A DNA stretch of 64,000 nt from Octopus sinensis (Eukaryota). Position numbers and translations under genes: made by a program. The notes beneath the pieces were generated by a model. The model searched no databases. It was given only the letters and a program-made list of their open reading frames with translations, and was not told where the DNA came from. Below are positions 24,018 through 37,892 of this stretch, one piece after another (the stretch's first letter is position 1; every line of letters starts with the position of its first letter). Where the stretch lies: assembly GCF_006345805.1 (NCBI RefSeq), contig NC_043008.1, forward strand, positions 65,162,001 to 65,226,000, written 5' to 3'.

Positions 24018-26322
24018 GTAATCGTATGATGAAGCTATGTAACGTTCAAAGGCAAATATTTAATGGATGTTATGTTTTGGGTATAGAAAGCAGCCAGTTC
24101 TAAAATCACTTTAGGCAGAGCTGAACTCAGCAATGCATGCCAATAAAAACGCCAATAACATATATGTGTATATTGATGAGTCATAGCAAACTGTGTTACC
24201 AACTTACGCAGATAGACAGATCTGGCCAATGATATGTAGCCTGGACCTTTCTTAGAATTGCACATAATAGCAATAACAACAACGGCGCAAAAGAAAAATA
24301 TACTCCATTACATGCTGTCCCATCAAATCCAAAGACAGACCACAAAGCAAAGCAGCGTGCGTTGGCTATGTTTTATAAAACAAATTGAATTACAAAAACC
24401 AGTTCGAGGAAACGTGTTATATCTAAAATACCATGTCCCCACCTGCGCTTTAATTTATCACAAAATACATTACGCCAATTTAGCTACCCCTCAGTTTCTC
24501 CATCTGAATTCCTATATATGATTAAGAATTAAACCCCAAACCAGCAACAGAGCAGCTATTTTCTGTTACATTATTTCAATATGTTATGATTTTATTAAAC
24601 TATCAACTCACATTTCTGCACGGAATTAATACTTAGACAAACATGTTGTATGTGGTAGGTCAGTCCATTAATTAATTACGGATTACTCCAGAACATTGTT
24701 ATTTGGACTTTTACTAACTTTTTAATTCAACACTAAAATAATAAATCATGATATTATTACGTCAAATGATATTATTAACTCAGCTTTATCATCCATATAA
24801 TACTCAGTCAGAGTAACCTAACATTTTGTTCTTCCTTTTTTTCATCTCTAAAAAATATGAATGTAACACGTAAGACATCATTAGATGATTTCTATAAATT
24901 AACTGTAGCGAAGCCATTTTAAAAAATTCAGCGATTTGAATGAGTGACGTAATATAATGTTTGAAACAATATTTTACGGCACATAATATCATATATTAGG
25001 GAGAGTATTCTTTGTATCTATTTCGTACGGTAGTGTTCTGTTCCTTGATTGAATACAATGGGAATCTGGTCGATTACGTTCGGCCTTTACTTCGCAGGAT
25101 TGAATGGAAATTAAAATTAATAAATCAAAAACAAAAATGAACCCCACAAATAAGTCGTCATTTAACCAAATATTTCCTTTTGCAATATCTAATGGCAGTT
25201 TTGGAATATTTTATATTATTTATTATCTGAACTTACGAAAGAGACATTAGATGATTATATTGTTTATAAAGCTATTCAAGATGACCTGATATTTACTGCT
25301 ATCTTATATGAATACATATGATATAGTGCATTGCTTTACTTAATGTGCAGAGGTCTACGCTTGAAGATAATCAATATTGATTACGGTTTGAGTAAAAGGA
25401 ATTATTACACACTAAAAATGTGTTTCTCTGTGCAAGTCACCCGTGATTTATTAGCTTGCAGTAAAAGGTTACCTGTACATCAGAATTTAGCAAAAATATT
25501 CCCAACTCTGATATAGTTTAAGTAATCTCAGCAACATTTGTAAGGGTCAGGCTATGAGTCACTGTAGTTTGAAATAAATTTACTTCTTCTTCGAGTATTC
25601 AGATCATTATATTATTGATAGTAGAAAATTTTAAGTTTAACTACACACTGAGAATAAAAAAATATCTTTCATTGAAGACTAGATGTTTAGAGAGGAGAGG
25701 AGAAGAAAAAGGGGCGATAAATAACTGAAACGTAGAAGCAAAAAGACATTATCTAGAAAGTAGGATATATTCCATCAAAATATGCGAACAGCATAAAAGA
25801 AATAATATTGCGTGGAACATATAAAAAAGAAGCATCTTATCTCCGATGGTACTACAAGCACTCAAGAATAATGCATACATACACTGATACACACAATATA
25901 TGTGTGTGTGAGTGTGTATCTATGGGCCGTTAACTATTTTTTATATATCTATCTATATACATATATATAGATAGGTATATACATAAATCGATATATAGAC
26001 AGATAGATAGATATATAGATGCATACATACATATCGATATTTATATTTTGTCGAAGGCATGTGTGTTCCTATGTGTGTGTGTGTGTGTGGCATGAATGTC
26101 AGTATGTCTTAATATTATATATATTCATTTACGTGTAAACGTATATCCATTTATGTACTTTTATGATGCAAAAAATAACAGTCTCTCAGATATATATGAG
26201 ACCATTTCAACAGGACATCTTAATGCATCTATTCAAACATTTATGGTGCTGTTAATCTACTTACTAACACTTCTATATTTCATAGTGCAAGGTGCTCGAT
26301 TGCACACACACACACACACACA

Positions 26323-26364
<42 letters not shown>

Positions 26365-26612
26365 ACACACACACGCATGCACGCACACGCACATACCCAC
26401 ACAAAACCAAACACATGTATATGCAAGAACGCAGGTTTTTCGTAACATTTTCGTACACACGCTCTCTAACCAACCTCAAAAAAACTCAGGCTATATGGAA
26501 GGTACTTTACATTTATAACGGTATATGCAGTTATATTTGCATACTAATCTATTTTTAAAAAAATAAGAAAGTATATAAATATACATACAGTCAAATATAT
26601 ATATATATTATA

Positions 26613-26646
<34 letters not shown>

Positions 26647-26652
<6 letters not shown>

Positions 26653-26878
26653 TAAGAAATGGAGTTAAACGCGGGTGTTATTCAAATATTGTTATTGAAT
26701 AACACCTGCGTTTAACTCAATTTCTTAATTTATCTATGATAATCAAAACATTTCACTAAACACTGGAATTTCTACTTTTACAAGTAGGCAGTAACATCCT
26801 TGGCACTTATGAAATTTTATTTAACACTAAAGCTAATTCTTCCTGTAAGTTTGGAGCTATACTCCCTACTATTATATA

Positions 26879-26911
<33 letters not shown>

Positions 26912-27159
26912 GATATATATATATATATATATATTATATAATTAAGAAATGGAGTTAAACGCGGGTGTTATTCAATATTGTTATTGAATAACACCTGCGT
27001 TTAACTCAATTTCTTAATTTATCTATGATAATCAAAACATTTCACTAAACACTGGAATTTCTACTTTTACAAGTAGGCAGTAACATCCTTGGCACTTATG
27101 AAATTTTATTTAACACTAAAGCTAATTCTTCCCTGTAAGTTTGGAGCTATACTCCCTAC

Positions 27160-27163
<4 letters not shown>
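26647..27163. repeat. Tandem duplication (period ~290 bp) of a (TA)n-flanked unit that begins with an ~84-bp palindrome
   Basis: Units 26650-26873 and 26940-27163 differ only by 1-nt homopolymer indels. Arms 26650-26685 and 26695-26730 have 2 mismatches. Confidence 0.9.
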
Positions 27164-27199
<36 letters not shown>

Positions 27200-28746
27200 G
27201 CAATACAAATTTATTATTTTTTAACAAGAATAGCGAATTATTATTTTTTTAAGAAGAATAGTATTGATGGAGTCTTGTAAATTTCGGCCATCACAAGACT
27301 GAATTACGTCAGTCTTAGCTTTATGTAATCTCTGTTGAGATAAAACAAAATTTCAGGGGTTTGTAAGGTTCAGTTGAATAGTAATTCAGTTGTCACGTAG
27401 GGTGAGATGGAACAGTCACTAGAGGATTTTTCTGATTGAATTTTGGTTTAGAATTTATTCATGCGTCGAATACTTTGTAAACAACTGTGTATAGATAGGT
27501 GTATCAATTTCAGGTCATGGGACTGTTTTCAGTAGTCCACCAAAATGATGTAGGTAGGTAGCGGTATGTTTAAGGCAGAGGATGTGTCATTAGTTTAGGT
27601 TAGTTTTTGTTTTATTGAATTCAGTCCTCTGCGTGAAACTTTGTTCCAGGTTTTGGAAGCGTAGTAAATAAGTGTACCATCTATTTTTTGTAAGGGAATT
27701 TTCAAGAACAAGTAGCATGTAAGAAGGCTGTATGTATTTGCCCATTAATGAGTTACTTGTTTATTTTATTTGGGATATTTGATGAATTATTTGGAAGGTA
27801 AGGGTCATTACCGGAGCATGTCATGGTGTTGTTAGTGGGAGAATTTGTTTATAATTGATTTGATATTTACAAGATGGTGTGGGTAGCTGTAAAGGTTATT
27901 GGTAAGTATAGCTTCCTAAACGAACCTGACCTATTTCGTAAATTTCATGAATGATGTCTTGTATTTCAAGTAAATGGAATTCATTTTTATGATACATTAT
28001 TCAATACAAGATTTGCATATACTTATGAGAGGCAGTATTTATAGACAGCCCTGCCTAAGATTCAGTTCGAAACGGATGCGTTGCAATGGATCATATTTCA
28101 GTTGATTTATTTTGCACAGCTGAAGGATTACATTCACACAGATATTTTGCGATTTCAGACTCTGAAATAAATATAATAAATACAAATTTATCAAATGAAT
28201 TGGCATACCCGAGTAATAGTTATATTTATATCTGTTACTTTCTGAATTCAACTGCCCCGGATGTGAATTCGGCATCGCAGGGATATATAATACAGAGCAG
28301 GGTAGCCACTAGAAGGCTATTTGTATGGTAGCAGTGTAGATTTCCTTGCCATAACTCCAGAAAGAGTGAGGAGTGGTTGTCAGCGAATTTCTATGAATTC
28401 ACCTGTCCCAAATTCTGGCTTTGCAATTCCTCTGATTATAATTCAAATGAATAGTTTGAATTTGAGTTAAGTGCGGTTGGAAATAATCCAGCCGCCTTGT
28501 CTGCAACATCAAGGCCGAGCTGGTGGCCAAGATGAAGGAGGTATACAGTGAGAAACGCATGCGCAAGATTCCAGAGCCGTCTGTGGTGGAAGCTGAGGGC
28601 TTCTACAAAGCGTAAACTGTTATCTCTAATCATAATGTAGGTATATTTTTGATTTTATACAAAATAGCCTTCTGTTTGGGGGTAGGATATTATTATTTCT
28701 ATTTGTTTTAACCCAAACTGTCGAAGTTAGCCCGACTAACCTGCGC

Positions 28747-28807
<61 letters not shown>

Positions 28808-29029
28808 TTTTCAGTTATTAAAATGCAGCCATGCTGGAGCAACAGTTTGAAGAGTTTAGCTGACCTCAGTAAATAATTTTTAAGCCTGATACTTAGGTAT
28901 TTCATCGCCTGCTTTTGTATAATTCCTAAGTTGCTACGTTAAGGGTCGTAACAATCCAAGAATTGGTTGTTATACGGTGAGATGTCAAACTCAAATATAA
29001 AGACACACACCCATATATGTACACACACT

Positions 29030-29065
29030 TAAGTAGATAGATAGATAGGTAGATAGATAGATAGG

Positions 29066-29104
<39 letters not shown>

Positions 29105-29134
29105 GTAGATAGATAGATAGATAGATAGATAGAT

Positions 29135-29200
<66 letters not shown>

Positions 29201-29201
29201 T
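29030..29201. repeat. (AGAT)n tetranucleotide microsatellite
   Basis: Directly visible. Confidence 0.95.
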
Positions 29202-29311
29202 GAGATAATTTATTGTTTGGAGACTTTAAATTCCATTACTACTCCAAGTTACGTGATTCTTTACGAGATCGAAGTTACCGACATCAGCAAATAATTGTGA
29301 AAATCTGACTA

Positions 29312-29716
29312 GCAGGAGTGGCTGTGTGGTAAGTAGCTTGTTTACCAGCCACATGGTTCCGGGTTCAGTCCCACTGCGTGACACCTTGGGCAAGTGTCTT
29401 CTACTATAGCCTCGGGCCGACCAAACCCTTGTGAGTGGATTTGGTAGACGGAAACTGAAAGAAGCCCGTCGTATATATGTATATATATATATATGCGTGT
29501 GTGTGTTTGTGTGAGTGTGTTTGTCCCCCTAGCATTGCTTGACAACGGATGCTGGTGTGTTTATGTCCCCGTTACTTAGCGGTTCGGCAAAAGAGACCGA
29601 TAGAATAAGTACTGGGCTTACAAAAGTATAAGTCTCGGGGTCGAATTGCTCGATTAAAGGCGGTGCTCCAGCATTGCCGCAGTAAAATTACTGAAACAAG
29701 TAAAAGAATAAAAGAG
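29312..29716 (+). mobile_element. SINE family A, full length
   Basis: Near-colinear with 6335-6740. Confidence 0.88.
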
Positions 29717-29769
29717 AGTAACAGAGAGTACTTTCAGCACAAATATAATATAATTATATACTCCTTTAG

Positions 29770-29986
29770 CATTCTTTTCTACTCTAGGCAAGAGGCCCGA
29801 AATTTTGGGGAAGAGAGCCAGTCGATTAGCTCGATCCCAGTACGCAACTGGTGCTTAATTTATCGACCCCGAAAGGATGAAAGCAAAATAAATCTCGTCG
29901 GAATTTGAACTCAGAACGTCAAGACAGACGAAACACCGCTAAGCATTTCACCCGGCGTGCTAACGCTTCTTCCAGCTCGCAGCCTT
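29770..29986 (-). mobile_element. SINE family B with the alternative tail
   Basis: ATTCTTTTCTACTCTAGGCAAGAGGCCCGAAATTTTGGGG...CCCGGCGTGCTAACGCTTCTTCCAGCTCGC. Confidence 0.85.
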
Positions 29987-31314
29987 ATTTACTCCTTTAG
30001 TATTGTTTGGCTGAATCAACAACGTTGTTTATTGCTTACTGTTGTACTCTTATTTTCTACGTACATACTCTACTGGGATTGTTCTTACTTTCCATACGTC
30101 CATTGTCTTCGATACGCATTTGAGTTAGATTTATAGACAATCAGTACGAAAGTGTCGACTTGTAGTAACGAAGAAATGCTTGGTGTTAATGTGTCATTGC
30201 TGCTGTAGCTCTGTGGTGTAACCGATCTGTTTGACAGAATGGTAAATGCGAGGAATGGCTAAGAGTTCACCTTCCCATAAACAATCACAGAATCCGTTTT
30301 AGCTGAATTGTATGGTTCAGTAAATTGTTTTCACAAGTTCATTACGAATTTCATTTAGTCCAACAAATTACTACAATACATCAGCTCAGTATTACCAATA
30401 GTTATATAGAATCAAGATAAACAGCGCTAATCTAGCAGTGATAGATAAGAGGCCAGCTGAAAAATTGTTTCACCTTTAAGATTGCAGAAATTTGAGACGA
30501 TAATGAATAATGCTGTATCTATTGTAAACTGCTTTAACGATAGATAACCATCTGTCATCTAAGATTTATATTTCGTTATTTCCCCAAATAGACTTGAAGA
30601 GATTGTTAATAAAATAAATCAGTATGTCTGCATAATAATTCAATAATTCCTGCTTTATAATAAGCCAATAATTTTCCGTTTTATGTCATAAATGGAATCT
30701 GGCTAGATCCGACGGACTGAGTTCAAACTTTGCAATTAATGTGTAATTAACTTTGCTTCTCTCTTTTTTTGTGAGATCCTGGAAAAAATAATCACCAATT
30801 ATCTAATAGAATTAAGCAATCAATCACTTAGACCTATTTCTAATGTACATACTGGTTTGTTCTTGAAACAAGGATAAAAACAAATATGTAACTGTAAGTA
30901 TTATAGTTTCTATAGTAAGATACTTTACAATTTCCTACTTACGAACAAATAAGGAAACAAAGATATCGTAGATGACAAGTCATTATAATGTTAGAACGTA
31001 TAGTTTGAGTTACGTCCCTTTACGATCCACGTCAAACTGTTGCTCGATATTCACTGCTGGCTATGAAGGCGCCTACTCGGCAATGCCCGGGATTCGGCTT
31101 CGATCCTAATTTAAAGCACTCTTGGATAGTCTCTTTCTCGTATCCTCAAGGTAATAAAGTCCAGTAAATGATATCTGGTCGAAAGAAAGTGTGAGGGTGA
31201 CCGTAAAGGATACGCTGACTTTATTTTTGTGCTAGAATTCATTTTGTAACCAGTTAAGCAGCAACCCGTGGGTTTTAGCCTCCTACAAACATAGTGCGTC
31301 TTCTAAAAGAATTC

Positions 31315-33090
31315 TCACCAAGTCAGCAATCCAACTGACTTCTTTACCACTGCAGATATAAAATCAGAGGAAGCGATGATTGATTACATCAATATAAAGG
31401 AAGACGATGTAATAAAGTCTATTGACGAATGAAAACAAACTTAGCTACTGGCCCCGATGGATTCCCAGCAATCCTTCTAAAAGTATGTAAGAGAGTCCTA
31501 GCAAGACCACTGCAGTTCCTCTTTCAGAGCTTCCTTGCAACTGGCAAACTTCCAAGAAAACTGAAGGACGGTAAAATATGCCCTATTCATAAAGGAGGTA
31601 GCAGAGGGGAGGCCAAGAACTACAGACCTATCTCTCTGACCTCACACATCAGCAAGGTAATGGAACGAATAGTCAGAAGGAAACTAATCACCTTCCTTGA
31701 AGAAAATGACTTGCTGCCAGACACCCAACATGGTTTCCGACCAGGAAGAAGCTGCTTAACTCAGCTCCTACAAAACTATGACTGGGTGCTGAAACGACTG
31801 CTCAACCACTCAAATGTGGAAGTCATATATCTCGACTTTGCAAAGGCCTTTGATAAAGTCGTTCATGGAATGATATGTCACAAACTGCGTGATCTTGGCA
31901 TAGTTGAAACATTGGGAGAATGGCTTCATGACTTTCTGAAGGATAGAAGTCAGTTGGGAGTAGCCAATGGGGCCACTTCCATTAACACGCAAATAGTGAG
32001 CGGTGTTCCGCAAGACACTGTTTAGGGACCACTACTGTTCATAATGGCCCTCTCGGACATGCCCTCAGCCACGCAGAGAGCCACGATCACAAGTTATGCA
32101 GATGATACAAATGTTTCAGAGGCAATACAGAACCCTGAAGACACTAAGCACCTGCAATGTGAGTTGGACAAAATACACAAGTGGGCTGAAAAGAATAGCA
32201 TGCAGTTCAATGCTGAAAAGTTTCAAGCTTTATGCTATCAGCATGCAAAACTAAATGCAATATCCAATAAATACACTGGACCTAGAGGGATTGCAATCCC
32301 AGAGGCACAATCAGTCCGAGATCTGGGTATTTACATGAGTGATGCTGCAACCTTTCATCTGCATGTTGCTAAATTGGCAATGAAATGTAGGCGGCTGACC
32401 GGATGGATTCTTAGAACCTTTAGAACAAGAGACCCGGAAACCATGATGGTCCTCTGGAGGACACTTGTTCTAAGCCACTTTGACTATTGCTCTTAGCTAT
32501 GGTCACCATCCAGTGTCAAGTTAATCACAGAACTTGAGGCGATCCAACGAAGCTACACGAAGAAGATAGCCTCTGTACAGCATATAAGCTATTGGGAAAG
32601 ACTCAAGAGTTTGAGACTCTATTCCTTAGAGCGTAGGCGAGAAAGATATGCCATAATATACATCTGGAAGATCCTAGAAGGACTTGTCCCAAACTTTGGC
32701 ATCGAGAGTTACACAAATGCCAGAACTGGGCGGCACTGCATAGTGCCAAGGACTCCAAATTTGCCATCAAGATTTAGGACAAGATACTGTGATAGCCTGG
32801 ACTTCAGAGGCCTACAGCTCTTCCTATATCCTCCCGAAGAACCCACGAGACCTGCATGGGGTGGATGCAGATGTTTTTAAAATAAAACTGGATCTCTTCT
32901 TGTCAGGTGTCCCAGATGAACCAACTTCACGGCAGGAGGTGCAGATGAGGGCAGCTGCATCGAACTCTCTCATGCACCGAATGGCAATTGCTAAAAAGCA
33001 TTCGTGAAGCAAAATCATGTAGCAACACCAAATGTTGGTGCCCCAGCATGGCCACAGCTTGTGAGCTGAAACTAGATAAAAATAAAAAAT
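31315..33090 (+). mobile_element. 5'-truncated CR1-group LINE (RT pseudogene) with A-rich tail
   Basis: ATGPDGFPAILLK, GKICPIHKGG, NYRPISLTSHISKVMERIV, QHGFRPGRSCLTQLL, LDFAKAFDKV, SGVPQ, SYADDT, LYSLERRRERYAIIY. Stop or frameshift breaks at ~31428, ~32023, ~32494 and ~32820. Confidence 0.92.
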
Positions 33091-33130
33091 AACGCCTTTC
33101 ATTATTTTGCTCTTGATTAAAACACTTCAT

Positions 33131-33343
33131 CTAGCAATCTATGATGGCTTCGTCATGATAGATCGCTAGCCAATACAATTCTCTATTTTCTCTCCTTGTT
33201 TCTTTCTGTGTTCCTCTCTGTGGAAGAGCTTAGGCTCGAAACGTTAAAGACTTTTTCACTTCCCGAGCGTTATACTAATACATCCATTTGTTGTCTACAC
33301 CACTTGTCTTCGTCTTTTGTATTTTATTTTGTGAATTCTCCCT

Positions 33344-33347
<4 letters not shown>
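33131..33347 (+). ncRNA. PLE terminal-repeat-like segment with variant hammerhead-like core (33214-33250), ending in (TA)n
   Basis: CTGTGGA-A-GAGC-TTAG-GCTC-GAAAC-GTT-AAAG, the same layout as 14259-14293 but with a non-canonical CUGUGGA. It is preceded by a 12-bp hairpin (33131-33169). Confidence 0.5.
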
Positions 33348-33397
<50 letters not shown>

Positions 33398-33564
33398 ATA
33401 TAAAATATTAGAAAAAAACACCTTTTATCAATTCAAAATGAATATCTAAATTACACCATCAAGAAAATTACATATAATAGAAAAGTTAAAATTAAAATAA
33501 CAATTAAAAAGTAGAGATTAAGTAAATTACAAGAATAATGTAATGTAAAAATAGGTAGAAAAAC

Positions 33565-33692
<128 letters not shown>

Positions 33693-33837
33693 AGTGAGCG
33701 ACGCGACACAAGCAATATTGATACAAACAGGTAGTATGAATCCCCAATTTGAATTAGAACAAAAATACTATGATAGCTACTATGAGAGAAATTTTCATAT
33801 AACCTTTCTGTGCTTATAAACACTCTTATAGACAGAC

Positions 33838-34325
<488 letters not shown>

Positions 34326-36994
34326 GACGGACAGATGGCTGGCTGGAGGGGGGAATGGCTTGAGGGATGCTTATAAATTCATTACTGATATCAAGGATAT
34401 TGGTATGCATAGGGTTATAGTACAAGGTACTTGCTGAAGGTGGCATGCACTAGATCTGAGTTCGAAAATACAGGGCTACGAAACAAATGTGTTAATCACA
34501 AAGCCATGCAAAAATATCGAAGTTAACGTATTCAGCAACGATATGTTCTTATATTTCATGGCAGCAATTTACATATTTATGTGAATACATAAATTGTAGT
34601 GCGTTGCACATTTTGTTTTATCGTTTATTGCGAGAGATACGGTTTCAAATTTTCAATTCTGTGGTCATGTAGTAATAAAAATGTAGTTATGGATATAGCC
34701 ATATCGTGTTCACAAGCTTCAGAATAATATCAATTCCCAACTAATGCCATTAAAATTATCATATACATGAAAATACTCAATTTCGTCTCCCATTAAAATA
34801 TACCTGTTTGTATATAAAATGTTTTGTGAAATATTATGCATCGTAAGGGATAAATCACTCCTCTTAATAAGGAATAGCAGATGGTTTCTGCTTTAAACTG
34901 AATTTAAATTTGATTTACTTTGTCACTGAAACTAAAGTTTAGCTTGTGAAAGAGGATTGCTACGTTATGTATGATATAATATTCGTCATAATAGCCACAG
35001 GTATTTGTGATTTTCGAATGAACAGTTGAACATTTTAGACGCATGACACTAATCGGCACAGTGTCAATCTATATGCCTAAGTGTCAATGATTTAGATATT
35101 ATGAATATTCCTAATATGTGCCTGAAGCTCAAATTTTACTCTGTAAATCCAACAGGTAGGTTTTTGCGTTTTGATGTATCTTATAAAGTCGTTGTTTTAG
35201 TTGTCTGTGTTTAGCTTTTAAGGAGTGCTACTCAATCAGATTTTTTAATAAAAAACACAAATAGCTTCTATTCGTTTCAACTAATTTTTGTTCAGCTTTG
35301 CAGTTCCACAGAATCACATGATACAATATGGAATTTTTCAAGACAGTAGGGTGGGTATGGTTTGGAATAGATTTGGTTGTTATTTCTCGCAGAAAAATAA
35401 CTCTGTAAATACTTTCCTAGTGGGGTTTGTCTTTGTGAAGAATTACTTTTAATTAATGCCCCTTTACACCCCGCCAGCCAATGGAACCACCCCCTACTCT
35501 TTATCATCAGCAACAGCAGGAAATTGCATATCTGGCGATTAGTGTTAATCAATTTCATGAGATCAGTGTTTCTGCTTAACCTGCAGGAGATTTAATTAAA
35601 GACATACTCATTTAGGCTTTTGTACTTATTGAAATGCCTTTATCGTTCAGTAATAAATGGAACAGAGTGCAAACTAATTTATTATTCTAATCAGAACTTT
35701 CCATGCCTGGTTAATTCATAATGGTACGTCTTATTAAATGCATTGTATGAAACATCAGTTGGCTCATAAAATCTCTCTCGGCGACGATAAGTTTGAACAT
35801 TATTATTTTCATAAATCAATAAAACATCTTAGAATTTTAGATTTTAAATTATATACCACGTCGAAATCCCTTTGAGATTTCAAGCAGAGTTTTTCGTTAA
35901 AATGTAAAAGTTTTAAAAGTTTTTCTTATCATCAATGAAATAATTACTGCTATATAGTAAAGGAGATTGAATAAATGTTTAAAATATCAAACCTCTGGAG
36001 ATAATGTAATGTACTATTCCGAAAAACGTACATCAAGAGGAAAGCTCATATCTGATTGAGATTACTATCCAATTCGTAGTGGAGTTCATATTGGTTCACT
36101 TTAAATCCAACGGTATTGTCATTAATCTAATCACAGGTAGAAAAGAATACAATTTCTACTCACTCCCATTAAATATACGGCTTTTGTGTAAATAAATAAG
36201 TCAATAACAAATATTTTTCTGAGAAACAGAACACTGCAACATATGTTGTTCCATCACTCTATATAACTACTTTCTTGGTGTAACCACTTTCGTACCAAAC
36301 CTCTTGAAATCGCTCTCACTTCTATGCTTAAGAAAAACAATATTTAAAGTCATGCAAATTAAAAACTTCCATGAAAATGTAACGATTATTTCTGTTCCTG
36401 ACACCCACCAAGGACAAAGTGTATTTTACTATGAAACAAAGTTATGGTATTTCATCAAAAAATATGAAAAGAACAGAAACAGGGTTTACTGCAGCTACAT
36501 TAGTGATGCTCTTGACTAATTCGTACAACTGCTCCAATTCTTTTATTGCTGTAAAAGAACTAACTGCATCGACTCAAACGAATACAATATACAATGATTC
36601 GTTTAATCTACTAATTACTAGACACTTTCTATCAGATCTCAGTTTGGTTACGAAAGCTTGCATTATTGTCGGTCGAAGCTGAGCTAATGTATTGTCAAAC
36701 GCATTCCAGCCCTGAACAATTTCTCCTCATTGTTGTGTTAAGGTATGGTACACAGAAACTGACAGTATTCAAAAGCGAAATTACATTTTACATATGGTGA
36801 TTTGGTTGCTATTTCTAGCGATCAAGATATACCCAAAGATTCTGCTTCGTAACAGTGTTTGATGACTGCTTGTACGTAATAGAGAATGTATTAGTAATGC
36901 CTTATGTTATGTCTATTCTACAGAACTTGTATTCGAAACAAATTGAGAAGTTCCGCCTTTCTTCAACAAATTAGATTTATCTTACGTATTTTAT

Positions 36995-37155
36995 CTTTTT
37001 CTTGTTTCAATCATCAGAGTGCGGTCATGCTCGGGCGCAGCCTTGAAGAATGTTTAGTCAAATGTATCGACTGTAGTGCATTTTTTAAAGCCTGGTACTT
37101 ACTCCATCGGTCGTTTTACCGAACTGCTACAGCGACGTAAACACACCAGCATTGG
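36995..37155 (-). mobile_element. SINE family A, 3' fragment
   Basis: CTTGTTTCAATCAT..GCGGTCATGCT..CTCCATCGGTCGTTTTACCGAAC..GTAAACACACCAGCAT. Confidence 0.7.
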
Positions 37156-37164
37156 TTTTCTATC

Positions 37165-37630
37165 GGTGGTGGGAGGATCAAATACACACTTAAGCACAAG
37201 ACCGACAATTTTCAGGGTGGAGGTAGTTAGTCTATTACATCGGCCCCAGTACTTGGCTGGTATATAAACCAAACGTTCCACCAAGAGAGAAAATCTAAGT
37301 TACTCTCCGGAATATTTGAACTCAGAACACAAAATATCAAAACAAATACCGCAAGGCACCATGCGGCAGAACTGTCATATTCTTTGACTGAATAAGTATT
37401 GATTTTTTTTTATTTGGGAGGTAGAATTTATATTGGTTTTTCATTTAGGCACAAGTGAAAAATGTTTAGTTGATTTTATCGATTCCTTTATATGATTGGG
37501 GCTATATTTTATCAACCCTGAAACAATGAAAGGCAACGTTTCCCACGGCGGGGTTGAGCTCAGACGATAAAACAGTCGCAAATAAGGTAATACATTTTTT
37601 CCGAAGTTCTAATACTTTGCCTCCTCACTG
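37165..37630 (-). mobile_element. Two decayed SINE family B copies
   Basis: ATTACATCGGCCCCAGT..GGAATATTTGAACTCAGAAC and TATTTTATCAACCCTGAAACAATGAAAGGCAA..GAGCTCAGAC. Confidence 0.55.
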
Positions 37631-37892
37631 CATATTTGGAAGAATTAATACAGAAAAAGGATGAAATATACGATTGTTACATGAACAAATGACAGATGAG
37701 ATTATTAATAAACAAATATGAAATATAGGTGCCCTCTTAGATAAATCCGATAGGATTTTAACGTTTACATTAAATATAGACATTCAGATATCTAAAATAA
37801 ATAATCTGCTTAACTGTACGGATGTATCTAGCGACAAATACATATACTAACATGACGAATTTACGCGAGAATTCTGTTAATCAATGGGATAT

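Noticed and set aside
27280-28640. Possible decayed retroelement (strand-biased composition, GC-richer block at 28470-28620, TTCGAAACG at ~28068)
   Set aside because: No RT or EN motif could be read reliably, and the hammerhead core upstream of GAAAC is absent.
35380-35510. CTGATGA on the minus strand (35504-35510) with a downstream GAAA
   Set aside because: Stem II does not close next to the core, and there is no stem III or NUH in register.
37003-37017. CTGATGATTGAAAC on the minus strand
   Set aside because: It is a mutated SINE A tail (GTCAAATGACTGAAAC), with no room for stem II.
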